A stretch of DNA of 64,000 nucleotides from an uncultured Chloroflexia bacterium (GTDB lineage Bacteria; Chloroflexota; Anaerolineae; B4-G1; SLSP01): positions 17,982-81,981 of the forward strand of contig CAVVUS010000012.1 in the NCBI GenBank assembly GCA_963751345.1. The letters are read 5' to 3'. The notes under the pieces are model-generated. The model was not told where the DNA came from and did not search any database. It saw only the letters and a list, made by a program, of their open reading frames with translations. The translations under genes were made by a program, and so were the position numbers. Of the stretch, positions 33,485-43,073 are shown piece by piece; position 1 is the stretch's first letter, and each line of letters opens with the position of its first letter.

Positions 33485-34351
33485 CTAGCGTCGGCCCAGA
33501 ATAGCCTGTAGCATACCTTGCGCAAGCGCTGCCCCCGCGCCTTGGCGTGGGGTCTGTGCCTGCTGGGGTTTCGTGCCCATGATGGTGGCAAGCAGGGCGG
33601 CCTGGGCGGCCTGCGACGGATCCGCGCCTGCCTGTTTGGCCTGCAGATACGCCAGGCCCGCCGGCAGGAGCTTCCCCAGCACGTCGCCCATGTCCGGCCC
33701 GTCCTGTGCCTGCGGAACCGGCTGCGCCGGGTGGGCCTGAGCTCCCTGGGCGCCCGTCAGGCCGGTGAGTAGGCTGACCAGGTCTCCCATCTGGCCCGGT
33801 TGAGGCTGTGCCTGCGGGGCCGACGGCCCCTGTGCGCCGGCCAAACCGGTGAGCAGATCCAGCAGTCCTCCCATCTGGCCCGGCTGAGCCTGGGGTTGCT
33901 GAACCTGTGCGGGTTGGGCTTGTGCTCCACCTCCCGCCATGCCCGCGAAGAGGTCCAGCACGCTTGGCGTCGACTCCTCGGGCTTGGGGTATCCCTGGGC
34001 AGGGAGAGCACCCAGGAGTGATTGGATCAGTGAGATGCCATCGGACGCCTTGAGGTCGGTCTTGCCCGACAGTTTGTCTGCTGCCTGCAGGAGACCACGG
34101 GAGTAGTATTGGCTGGTGCCGCCGTGTCCGTTCTCGCTCAGCTTCGCGCCGGCAAGACGCAGGGCCTGGTCCGGTGGATCTGCTTGGTGCTCAGTGAGGG
34201 TATCCATGACCATTTGCACGTTCTGCAGCGTGTTATCGCCATGGTTACCGTTGTAGCCGTCGAGGGCGTTGATGTCTTCCTTATGCTCGGAAATAACCTG
34301 CGCGGCTGCCTTGAAAAGGCTTGCCAAATCAATCGAAGGCGATTCAGTCAT
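33485..34351 (-). CDS. DAK2/DhaL-like domain protein with Gln/Pro/Gly-rich repeat tail
   Basis: INALDGYNGNHGDN and GGTSQYY resemble DhaL motifs; repeats QPGQMGxLxxLLTGLxGAQG. Confidence 0.65.
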   Translation of the reverse strand: MTESPSIDLASLFKAAAQVISEHKEDINALDGYNGNHGDNTLQNVQMVMDTLTEHQADPPDQALRLAGAKLSENGHGGTSQYYSRGLLQAADKLSGKTDLKASDGISLIQSLLGALPAQGYPKPEESTPSVLDLFAGMAGGGAQAQPAQVQQPQAQPGQMGGLLDLLTGLAGAQGPSAPQAQPQPGQMGDLVSLLTGLTGAQGAQAHPAQPVPQAQDGPDMGDVLGKLLPAGLAYLQAKQAGADPSQAAQAALLATIMGTKPQQAQTPRQGAGAALAQGMLQAILGRR

Positions 34352-34604
34352 AGACCCTCCTCTAGAGCGTCGCTCGCGACAATACCCGCCTTGCGGCGGT
34401 CGCCTACGGTGCAAGGATAGCCCTGCTTGATGGCAGGCAGTCACGCGTTAGGACGCATCCGCCACCGTAGCAGCCACTGTACCAAATTGTAGGGTGATGC
34501 GATACGAAGTCAATGGCGACTCCAGGGCGGGTGCGTTTCATCTCGGGGGAATACAGAAGATTGCTGCATCGTCATCCTGAAACGCACCCCCTGAGTCCAC
34601 ATGC

Positions 34605-34632
34605 TTGACATCGACGGCGAATAAGGTACAAT
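34605..34632 (+). promoter_or_regulatory. Sigma70 promoter upstream of the rnj leader
   Basis: TTGACA-16 bp-TACAAT. Confidence 0.7.
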
Positions 34633-34635
34633 CCT

Positions 34636-34900
34636 TGCCGAAAATACAGGTGGAGTTTCCACAGGCGGCAGTTCCCCTAGCTGGTACCAGTTAGACATCA
34701 ACTGTGACACGCTTCAGACTGGTAGCAGATCGACTTCAGATTCGCAGCAGTCTCCGATGCGGGATCGCGCGCAAGCGCATATTGGCCCGCCCAAGCTTGT
34801 TAAGCCTCAAATGAGGTTCGCCCCTGCCTGATACGCTGTCTGTAAGCGGTAGTTGGGGTAGGCGTGGACACTCGTGCCTGTGCGATTGGTTAGAGTGAGG
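34636..34900 (+). ncRNA. Candidate structured 5' leader RNA of rnj (unassigned family)
   Basis: Run of about 8 stems including a GCGC-GCAA-GCGC GNRA hairpin; no ORF of 60 aa or more on the + strand. Confidence 0.45.
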
Positions 34901-34914
34901 GTAATTAGGAGTAT

Positions 34915-36540
34915 ATGGCTAAGAATTTACAAATCACCCCTATCGGCGGCTTAGGGGGCATCGGCAAGAACATGACGGTGTATGAGTATGGCCGCAACGT
35001 ATTGGTAGTGGATTGTGGTGTGATGTTTCCGGCGAATGATATGTACGGCATCGACTTGGTGCTGCCGGATTTCGAATATGTGGTTGAGAATCAGGACAAG
35101 CTGCGCGGTATCGTGTTGACCCATGGTCATATGGACCACATCGGCGCCTTGCCCTATCTGCTTCGTCGCATGAATGCAAATGTGCCCATCTACGGCACAC
35201 CACTGACATTGGGTCTGGTCGAACGGCAACTGGCCGAGAAGAACATGCTGGAGAAAGCGGATCTCCACATACTGACCAAGGGAGAGACGGTCCATCTCGG
35301 ACCTTTTAGGGTGAGCCCGTTTGCTGTGGCCCACTCCATCCCCGACGCGGTCGGATTCGTCATCGATACGCCTGTCGGCAAGATCGTCCATACAGGCGAC
35401 TACAAGCTCGACGAGACGCCCGCCGGCGGACGCACGACGGATCTGCAGGCCCTGCACGAGCTGACGCAGGGAGGCGTGTTGGCGATGCTGGCCGACAGCA
35501 CGAATGCCGACAAGCCGGGTCGCACCGAGACCGAGGCAGTCGTTCGCGAGACGCTCGATCGCCTGTTTGACCAGGCGAAGGGGCATCGCATCATCATCGC
35601 GACCTTCTCATCGCTGCTGGCACGCCTGCAGGAGATCATGGACCTCGCCAAGAAGCACGGGCGCAAGGTCGCCATGACCGGGCGCAGCCTGGTTGAGAAC
35701 GTCGAACTGGCGCGCGACCTGGGCTATCTGAAGGTTGCCAAGGATCTCATCGTCGACATCGAGGATCGGGTAAAGCCCGGAAACCTCGTCGTCCTATCGA
35801 CGGGCTCGCAGGGCGAGCCACGTTCGGCGCTAAACCGGATGGCCGACGGCAGCCATCGCCAGGTTCACATTCGGTCCGGCGATACCATCATCATCTCCGG
35901 CGGTACGATCCCCGGGAACGAGGAAGACGTCAGCCGGATGATCAACGGGCTCTTCGAGCGGGGCGCCAACGTGATCTACGGGGCCATGGCAACGGTGCAC
36001 GTCTCAGGCCACGGAGGCCAGGGAGATATGCGCGCGATGCTCGAGACAGTACAGCCGCGCTATCTGATCCCGGTCCACGGTGAGCCGCGCCATCTCTACC
36101 TGCACCGGCAGTTAGCTCAGGAGGTCGGCATTCCCACCGACCGGGTCTTCATCCTCAAGGAGGGTATGCCCTGGGTCAGTGATGGGGAGAAGGCCTGGAC
36201 CGAGAAGGCAATGCCGTTGGCGGACGTCCTTGTGGATGGGCGCCTGGTCGGCGAGATCGGTGAGATCGTGATGCGAGACCGTCATCGCCTGTCTCAGGAT
36301 GGTTTTATCGTTGCACTGATCCCGATCAACAAGAAACGGCAGTTGGTCGGCGAACCGCAGATCGTAAGCCGCGGCTTCGTCCATCTGGACGCATCCGACG
36401 AGCTGATCGACGCCAGCCGCAAGGAGATCAAGCGTCAGGTAAAGCGTGGTAACCAGGACCTCCGGCGTCCGCTGGAGGAGCTGTTCTACCGTATGACGCA
36501 ACTGAGGCCGGTCGTCCTGCCGCAGTTCATCCAGGTGTAA
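34915..36540 (+). CDS. rnj: Ribonuclease J
   Basis: GGLGGIGKNM, THGHMDHIG, HSIPD, HTGDYK, STGSQGEP, HVSGH, PVHGE. Confidence 0.96.
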   Translation: MAKNLQITPIGGLGGIGKNMTVYEYGRNVLVVDCGVMFPANDMYGIDLVLPDFEYVVENQDKLRGIVLTHGHMDHIGALPYLLRRMNANVPIYGTPLTLGLVERQLAEKNMLEKADLHILTKGETVHLGPFRVSPFAVAHSIPDAVGFVIDTPVGKIVHTGDYKLDETPAGGRTTDLQALHELTQGGVLAMLADSTNADKPGRTETEAVVRETLDRLFDQAKGHRIIIATFSSLLARLQEIMDLAKKHGRKVAMTGRSLVENVELARDLGYLKVAKDLIVDIEDRVKPGNLVVLSTGSQGEPRSALNRMADGSHRQVHIRSGDTIIISGGTIPGNEEDVSRMINGLFERGANVIYGAMATVHVSGHGGQGDMRAMLETVQPRYLIPVHGEPRHLYLHRQLAQEVGIPTDRVFILKEGMPWVSDGEKAWTEKAMPLADVLVDGRLVGEIGEIVMRDRHRLSQDGFIVALIPINKKRQLVGEPQIVSRGFVHLDASDELIDASRKEIKRQVKRGNQDLRRPLEELFYRMTQLRPVVLPQFIQV

Positions 36541-36546
36541 TCCGCC

Positions 36547-36665
36547 AACCTTGCGAAGGAGCGTTCCGGGAAGCTGCCGGAGCTCCCGGAACGCTAGTTG
36601 CCTGCGCTACGGGCTACGTATCTTCGCAAGGTTTAGCACAGGGCCCCCAGGTAACCTGGGGGCCC
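36547..36665. repeat. Composite nested palindromic element (REP-like)
   Basis: AACCTTGCGAAG...CTTCGCAAGGTT outer arms, inner GCGTTCCGGGA..TCCCGGAACGC, then GGGCCCCCAGG-taa-CCTGGGGGCCC. Confidence 0.7.
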
Positions 36666-36705
36666 TGTGCTATACTGCAGACGTGTGAGAAAGCGAGGTG
36701 CGATT

Positions 36706-37701
36706 ATGACCCCCAAAGAGATTATCCTGGCGAACATCGCCCACGAGGATCCACCGCGCTGCGGCCTGACCTTCACCTGGGGCCGGATCAACGACATGCT
36801 CGATGGCGGCGTGGTTCCCCATGGCTATCGCCAAAAGCGTTGGGTCGAGGGCAAGGTGGAATACTACGACGACGAATGGGGCAACCTCTGGGTACGCATG
36901 CGCGAAGGCTCGATCAAAGGCGAGATCTACAGGCCCGCGATCGAGGACTGGTCCCAGCTCGACGAGCTACAGCCGCCCGACTACACTCACCCCGACTGCG
37001 CCGAGCAGATGAACGACCTCTTCAGCCGGCCCACCGACAAGTTCAAGCTCGCGCATATCGGTGGCTGGATCTTCGACAACGCTCGCTATCTCCGCAAGAT
37101 GGAGACCTACTTCTGCGATATGGCCCTCTACCCCGAGGAGCTCAATCGCATGCACGGGATCGTGGCCGACGTGTACGAGCAGAAGATCCACCTGGCGGGT
37201 AAGGCAGGGGCCGACGGCATCATGATCGGCGAGGATATGGGCACGCAGACCGGCCTGCTTTTCAGCCCGAGGATGTTCCGCGAGTACTTCAAGGCGATGT
37301 ACACCCGGCTGATGTCCATCGCGCACGACTACGGCATGAAGGTGCTCATGCACTCCTGTGGTCAGAACTGGTCCATCGTGCCGGACCTACTCGACGCCGG
37401 GGTCGATGTCTTCCAGTTCGACCAGCCTGCGGTCTACGATATGCCCAAGCTCGCCGCACTGCTCAAGGAGCGCAAAGCCGCGCTGTGGAGCCCCGTCGAC
37501 ATCCAGAAGATCCTGCCCACCGGCGACCGCGAGCTCATCGAGGCGGGCGCCAGGGAGATGGTCGACATCTTCGAGGGCGGCCTGATCTGCAAGAACTACA
37601 CGGACCTCGCCGGGATCGGCGTGAAGGAAGAGTGGGATATGTGGGCCTACGACGCCATCTGCGAACGCGCGGGAGTCCGCGGAACAGTCTCGATGGACTG
37701 A
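36706..37701 (+). CDS. Uroporphyrinogen decarboxylase/MtaA-like family protein
   Basis: DEWG, EDMGTQ..LFSP..FREYF, MHSCG, VDIQ; extended -10 TGcTATACT upstream. Confidence 0.85.
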   Translation: MTPKEIILANIAHEDPPRCGLTFTWGRINDMLDGGVVPHGYRQKRWVEGKVEYYDDEWGNLWVRMREGSIKGEIYRPAIEDWSQLDELQPPDYTHPDCAEQMNDLFSRPTDKFKLAHIGGWIFDNARYLRKMETYFCDMALYPEELNRMHGIVADVYEQKIHLAGKAGADGIMIGEDMGTQTGLLFSPRMFREYFKAMYTRLMSIAHDYGMKVLMHSCGQNWSIVPDLLDAGVDVFQFDQPAVYDMPKLAALLKERKAALWSPVDIQKILPTGDRELIEAGAREMVDIFEGGLICKNYTDLAGIGVKEEWDMWAYDAICERAGVRGTVSMD

Positions 37702-37721
37702 GACCGCAACAGCTCCGGGGT

Positions 37722-38156
37722 TTATGGTGTGACAGGGTTTGTTACCCTGAGTTGCTCCTCAATAAGGAGTCCATCCTGCATATCTTCAGAATACAGAATC
37801 TGAACACCAGCAGAAAGGGCACTTGCTACGACTATGCTATCCCAGAAGGACAAGGAATAGCGTTGTCGGAGGCTTGATGCCTTCAGGAGTGTTTCTCTGT
37901 TTGGCTCGACTACTTCGTACTGCTCATAAAACGCTTGGATGAGCTGCTCCAGGTCAGCCTCACGAAACGCGGCTTTCTTCAAGAGATTCACACACACTTC
38001 ATTGATGATCTGAGTGCTCACCACCGGGTCACAGGATCGTAACAAGGCCTCCGCAGCTCTATGCTGCGAAGTGCCCTGAGCCTCGATAAACGCATACAGC
38101 CAAATGTTGGTATCGACGAAAGCTCTCTGACGGGCCAAGTCAGGCATGAGACTCAT
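37722..38156 (-). CDS. vapC: PIN-domain toxin (VapC)
   Basis: FVDTNIWLY, STQIINE, SFWDSIVVASAL, LYSEDMQDG. Confidence 0.9.
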   Translation of the reverse strand: MSLMPDLARQRAFVDTNIWLYAFIEAQGTSQHRAAEALLRSCDPVVSTQIINEVCVNLLKKAAFREADLEQLIQAFYEQYEVVEPNRETLLKASSLRQRYSLSFWDSIVVASALSAGVQILYSEDMQDGLLIEEQLRVTNPVTP

Positions 38157-38349
38157 CCCGTGAAAGTGGGCGAAAGTCCTTGAGCTGGAGAGGATGATCC
38201 AGAAGCTTATCGATAATGGTGTATTGCGACTGTTCGGCCTTCTCCTGCAAGAGAATCACACGAACGTGCCCACTGACACGACCCTTGAGTTCATCAGGGA
38301 TCTCGATCGTATCGTCCTTCACAAGAGTCCGGAATTCCAGTGCTTCCAT
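38140..38349 (-). CDS. Cognate antitoxin (AbrB-like small protein)
   Basis: 69 aa, overlaps vapC; VKDDTIEIP..VRVILL..PLSRDE; TGcTATAAT upstream on the minus strand. Confidence 0.75.
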   Translation of the reverse strand: MEALEFRTLVKDDTIEIPDELKGRVSGHVRVILLQEKAEQSQYTIIDKLLDHPLQLKDFRPLSRDESHA

Positions 38350-38463
38350 ATGTCACCTCAGTAGCCGAAGCAACTATAAGCCTTCACAGATCATTATAGC
38401 ACTTCCGGGGTTGCAATCCGAGAGGGCCGGCGGCCTGTTCCGAAAGGCTCTCTTGATCTTGCG

Positions 38464-39593
38464 CTACTCCGGCACCTGCCGGTTCTCGTTCATCCACTCG
38501 ACCGCGAAGTCCACGAGCGCCCGCTGCGAAAAGAGCCGGCATTCGGCATTCCCCACCCGCCCTACACGCACATTTCCCGCATCCTCAAAGGCGTGCCCGA
38601 TCTCCGGGAAGTCGGCGTCGTACCAGTAGATATCGTCGTAGGTCACCCACCGAGAGCCACCATCTTCCGTAGGCATCGGGCCGCCGCGCGTGCAGCGCTT
38701 CAGCGGCGCATATTTACAGCGATACTCCGCGAGGTGAAAGCTGGTATTGCGGTTATATCCCACGCCGATCAGCAGCACGTAAGCACCTACATCGTAGAGC
38801 CGGGCCAACGGCGAGTGCTCCCCTCTGGCTCATACTCAAAGTCCACGAGCGCCCGCTGCGAGAAGAGCCGGCACTCGGCCTTCCCCACCCGCCCTAGGCG
38901 CACATTCCCCGCATCCTCAAAGGCGCGCCCGATCTCCGGGAAGTCGGCGTCGTACCAGTAGATATCGTCGTAGGTTACCCACTCGGAGCCACCATCGTCC
39001 GTAGGCATCGGGCCGCCGCGCGTGCAGCGCTTCAGCAGCGCATATTTACAGCGATACTCCGCCAGGTGGAAGCTGGTGTTGCGATTATATCCCACGCCGA
39101 TCAGCAATACGTAAGCGCCCACGTCGTAAAGCCGGGCCAACGGCGAGTGCTCGCCCTGGCTCAGACTCAGGCCGTGGTCCGACGTGATAAACGCCGCGTT
39201 GGGTCCGCGGGCGGACTCGGAGACGAAGGGATGGTACGAGCGCAGCGTCCCCTCCTGCTTCCGAAAGGTCTCAGGGATGACGCCCATATGGCGCGTCGGC
39301 GTGAGATCGGGCCGGAACGCGGGCATATTCGCGCGGATGGTGTCGTGCCAGGCTGCGGGCACGGCTGGGGCTGACCATCCCGCAGGATCGGTCAGATCGC
39401 CGGAGTGGGTGGGCATGACGAGCGTACCCTCCGGCCCCAGAGCCGACTCCAGCGCGAGGATCACCGCTGGGGCGCCGCCGACCACGTACCCCAGCGAACT
39501 CAACGAGCTGTGGACCATGAGTGTCATGCCCGGCTCGACGCCCAGCGCGGTGAGCTGCGCGGTCAGACTCGTTATCGTCAAGGGTTGCTCCAT
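38464..39593 (-). CDS. AAC(3)/YokD-family N-acetyltransferase with duplicated 3' part
   Basis: MVHSSLSSLG, GTLVMPTH, RSYHP, SPLARLY, NTSFHLAE. Confidence 0.85.
38507..39170. repeat. Diverged tandem duplication, period 332 bp
   Basis: Copies start at about 38507 and 38839 (AAGTCCACGAGCGCCCGCTGCG); scattered substitutions. Confidence 0.92.
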
Positions 39594-39650
39594 CCCATAT
39601 CCTCCTGACCCGCGATTGTCAAAGCAGCGAAGGTCGCTAGACTCATCCCC

Positions 39651-40311
39651 ATGACCTACCAAGACTACATCATCCGCCAGATCGCGATCTTCGCACGTGT
39701 CCTCAGCCGGATCCTCGGCCTTGCCAGAGACCATCACGACGAGCAAGCGTTGGACGCCGTTGAGGCGGCACTGCAGGCGCTTGCCGGCGGCGGCCTCGAC
39801 GTCCCCGACGACAAGACGCTATCGCTGCCCCAACCCTTTGCCTCAATGACGACCACCTTCGAGGGTCGCGAGATCGATCTGATGACCGCGCGACTGCTCA
39901 AGGAGGCGGGCACCATCCACGCCCGGCGCGGTGAGACGAACGAGAGTTACGCAAGCTTCGTGCGGGCCCTCGACCTGATGCTTTCCGTTCAGCTCGGTGT
40001 GCGCGATATCGCGATGCCTGACTATGCGCCCGAGCGTCGAGGAATTGCGCGATGCACTGAGCGACTACGTCCTCCCCGATGGCACCTCAGAGATGCTCGT
40101 CCGGTACTACGAGCAGATGGGTGCCTACGCCAAAGCGGAGGATGTGCTCTACGACTTCCTCGACACCACCGAGGACTGCGAGCGCGTCACGGACATCGGC
40201 ATCGGCTTCTACGAACGGTTGCTCGATCTCAGTGACGCACAATTGGAGGCCGGCGGCCTGCCGCGCGATGAGGTGCACGCTGGGTTGGACGAGCTCCGGC
40301 AGCTCACGTAG
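39651..40311 (+). CDS. DUF6483-like helical protein; one frameshift near 40030
   Basis: YQDYIIRQI..F...YAKAEDVL...GFYERLL..D..LEAGGLPRDEV. Confidence 0.75.
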
Positions 40312-40337
40312 GGATCAGTTCTGCTGATTCCTGTGGT

Positions 40338-40365
40338 TTGTCATCCTGAACGAAGTGAAGGATCT
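40338..40365. repeat. REP-like short repeat; related copy at 63106-63134
   Basis: TTGTCATCCTGAACGAAGTGAAGGATCT between convergent genes. Confidence 0.65.
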
Positions 40366-40391
40366 ATGACCTTCAGCCTATCAGAATTATC

Positions 40392-41387
40392 TCACCTCGG
40401 TAGCGCGCGTCGCTGCCCGGCGACAATGTCGTCAAGCAGGCGGTTCCACTTCTCATCGATCTCCTGGCGCGCCGGATCGGTATCGAACCACTTGATGATC
40501 TCACGAGCGCCCTGCACGAAGGGAATCGTCGCGACATAGTCGGGCACCAGGCGCTTGATCTTGGAGTTATCGAAGATGACGCTGTGCGTCTTATCCCCCA
40601 TCACGCTGGCGCCCCAGTCCGCATCATACGCGCGGATGAGATCGCTGGGGACGTGCACCAGTTCGGGCTCGTCCACCCCCGCGGCACGTCCGATGATGCG
40701 GAAAATCTGGTCCCAGGTGAGCACCTCATCGGACGTAATGTGATAGACGTCGCCCACGGCCCTCGGATTGCCGAGAAGGCCTACGAAGCCCTTGGCGAAG
40801 TCACGATGGTGGGTCAGCACCCAAAGTGAGGTGCCGTCGCCGTGGACGACGATCGGCTTGCCCTTGCGCATGCGGTCGACGACCGTGAAGCGCCCCCGGA
40901 ACGGCAGCAGCGTCTGGTCGTAGGTGTGCGACGGCCGCACAATGGTCATCGGGAAACCTTCCTCGCGGTAGGCCCGCACCAGCCGCTCTTCGCACGCGAT
41001 CTTGTTCTGAGCGTAGACCCAGTAGGGATTGTGCAGCGGCGTCGACTCCGTGATCGGCAAGCTGAGGACCGGTTTGTGGTAACCCGCGGCAGAGCTGATG
41101 AAGACGTACTGATCGGTGCGGTCCCTGAAGAGCTCGATGTCAGTCTCGACCTGGTCCGGCGTAAAAACGAGCCAGTCCACGATCACGTCGAAGGTCATAT
41201 CCCCCAGCGCCTCCGCCACCGTCGCCGGCTGCCGGATATCGCCGATGAGGACCTTGGCCCCCGCCGGCACCGGACGCTTTGACGTCTGTCCCCGATTGAG
41301 CAGATACAGGTCGATCCCACGGTCTACGGCCAACTGCGAGGACGCGGAACTGATGATCCCGGTCCCGCCGATGAAGAGAACTCTCAT
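40392..41387 (-). CDS. NAD-dependent epimerase/dehydratase (extended SDR)
   Basis: IGGTGIIS, FISSA, YAQNKIACE, VRPSHTY. Confidence 0.9.
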   Translation of the reverse strand: MRVLFIGGTGIISSASSQLAVDRGIDLYLLNRGQTSKRPVPAGAKVLIGDIRQPATVAEALGDMTFDVIVDWLVFTPDQVETDIELFRDRTDQYVFISSAAGYHKPVLSLPITESTPLHNPYWVYAQNKIACEERLVRAYREEGFPMTIVRPSHTYDQTLLPFRGRFTVVDRMRKGKPIVVHGDGTSLWVLTHHRDFAKGFVGLLGNPRAVGDVYHITSDEVLTWDQIFRIIGRAAGVDEPELVHVPSDLIRAYDADWGASVMGDKTHSVIFDNSKIKRLVPDYVATIPFVQGAREIIKWFDTDPARQEIDEKWNRLLDDIVAGQRRALPR

Positions 41388-41485
41388 AGTAGCAACTCCT
41401 TACGCGATATAGAGGAAGCTGAAAGCCGATAGCCGTCAGCGTTCAGCCATCAGTCACTCATCCTCAGCTTACCCTTGTTACGATC

Positions 41486-43072
41486 TCAGGCTACGTCGCC
41501 CTGCGTCCACCCGCCATCGATCAATCGCCACATCTCCCCGGTCGGATTGCGGTCTTGCAGTTCGACCGGAAGCCGGTGGTGGCGTACGTTGTCATAGCTG
41601 TGCAGCGCGCCAAAGCGCAGCATCGAGGCCGGGATGCCCACCGCTGTGAAACCTGGATGCCCCGTCGCCGGATAGGGTCCGCCGTGGTTCATCGCCGGCG
41701 AAACCGCAACGCCCGTGGGCATCTTGTCGTTGAGCAGCCGCCCCACCTTCTGCCGCACGATGGGCGCCACCAGATCGTAGATCCCATCATCAACCCCGCC
41801 GGTGTGGGTGTAGAAGCTGCCCGTCAAGTTCCCCTCCAACCGTCGTGCGATCTCCTGCATCTGCACGACATCCCGGGCGAAGACCAGAAGTGATACCACC
41901 CCAAAGGCTTCAGTCTGCAGTGCGTGAGGTTGCGCCAGGAACTGGTCGCCCGAGACCCGCAGCAGCGTGTTGGCATACCGGAAACTCGGCCCTTCGACCT
42001 CGCCCCCGCCGACCACGAGTTCAGCCCCCGCCTCCTGGAGCTGCTCCACGGCGCTTCCGATCGTCCACACGCCGCCTTCGCCCAGGAGAACACCCGGTGG
42101 CGTATCGAATCGCGACGCGATGGCCTCCAGAAACGTCTCGGCCCGGCCGGAAGCCAGCAGGACCGTCAGCCCCGGTTTCGTGCAGAACTGGCCGGTCCCA
42201 AGCGTGCAGGACGCGAACAGCTCGTCCGCCACTGCCTCCAGCCGCTCGTCCAGGGCGCCGGGAAGCACGAAGACGGGGTTGACACTCGACATCTCCAGAT
42301 AGATCGGCTTGCCCGCCGCATCCGCCGCTGCCTTGAGCTGAAGCCCGGCCAAGCGGCTTCCGGTGAAACCCGTCGCGCCTACCAGGGGATGTGAGACCAG
42401 CCGTGCTCCGTCCGCGTGGCTCGTGCGGTAGATCAGTTGCACGATCCCGTCGGGCATGCCTGTGGCCTGCGCGGCCTCGAAGGCGGCCTCGGTCAGCAGC
42501 TTCGTCGTCCCGGGATGGGCGGTATTCCCCTTGGCGATGATCGGGTTGCCCGCTGCCAGGGCTGCCACAGCGTCGCCGCCCGACACCGAGTTGAAGGCCA
42601 GCGGGAAGTTGTTGGGCCCGAAGACGACGACCGGCCCGCCCAACGGTCCGTACATCGACCGGATATTGCGCGCCGTATCGATCGTCGCGTGACACCAGGA
42701 CCGCTCGCGGGCAGCCGCCGCGGCCTGGCGCAGTTGGTCCGTCGTTCGCGGCAGTTCCACCGAGCGCAGCCGCGGCTCGAATGCGAGCCCCGACTCGCGG
42801 TGGGCCAGCGCCGCAATGGCATCGGCCCGCGCCTCAATCCCATCGGCGAAACCCTCGAGGAACCGCGCCAGATCCCCCGGCGCCGTCTCTCTCAGCGCGT
42901 TGGCGGCCTCCGCGCCCGCCACGAGCGCCTCCTCCACCTCCGCCCACGCCGAGACAGGATAGAGCTCCGGCAGCGGCGTCTTCGTCATAGGATTTACGGC
43001 GGTAAACGTGCCGTTGTCGATGATGGACTCGCGCCATTGTCCGGCAATCAGAACAGGTTGTGTCGTCATCAT
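41486..43072 (-). CDS. Aldehyde dehydrogenase (NADP+), alpha-ketoglutaric semialdehyde dehydrogenase type
   Basis: FGPNNFPLAF, GFTGS, EMSSVNP, GQFCTKPG, PTGVAVSPAMNHGGPYPAT. Confidence 0.9.
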   Translation of the reverse strand: MMTTQPVLIAGQWRESIIDNGTFTAVNPMTKTPLPELYPVSAWAEVEEALVAGAEAANALRETAPGDLARFLEGFADGIEARADAIAALAHRESGLAFEPRLRSVELPRTTDQLRQAAAAARERSWCHATIDTARNIRSMYGPLGGPVVVFGPNNFPLAFNSVSGGDAVAALAAGNPIIAKGNTAHPGTTKLLTEAAFEAAQATGMPDGIVQLIYRTSHADGARLVSHPLVGATGFTGSRLAGLQLKAAADAAGKPIYLEMSSVNPVFVLPGALDERLEAVADELFASCTLGTGQFCTKPGLTVLLASGRAETFLEAIASRFDTPPGVLLGEGGVWTIGSAVEQLQEAGAELVVGGGEVEGPSFRYANTLLRVSGDQFLAQPHALQTEAFGVVSLLVFARDVVQMQEIARRLEGNLTGSFYTHTGGVDDGIYDLVAPIVRQKVGRLLNDKMPTGVAVSPAMNHGGPYPATGHPGFTAVGIPASMLRFGALHSYDNVRHHRLPVELQDRNPTGEMWRLIDGGWTQGDVA

Positions 43073-43073
43073 A

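Noticed and set aside
38507-39170. Diversity-generating retroelement TR/VR pair
   Set aside because: Differences are not adenine-specific, are mostly synonymous, and no reverse transcriptase is present
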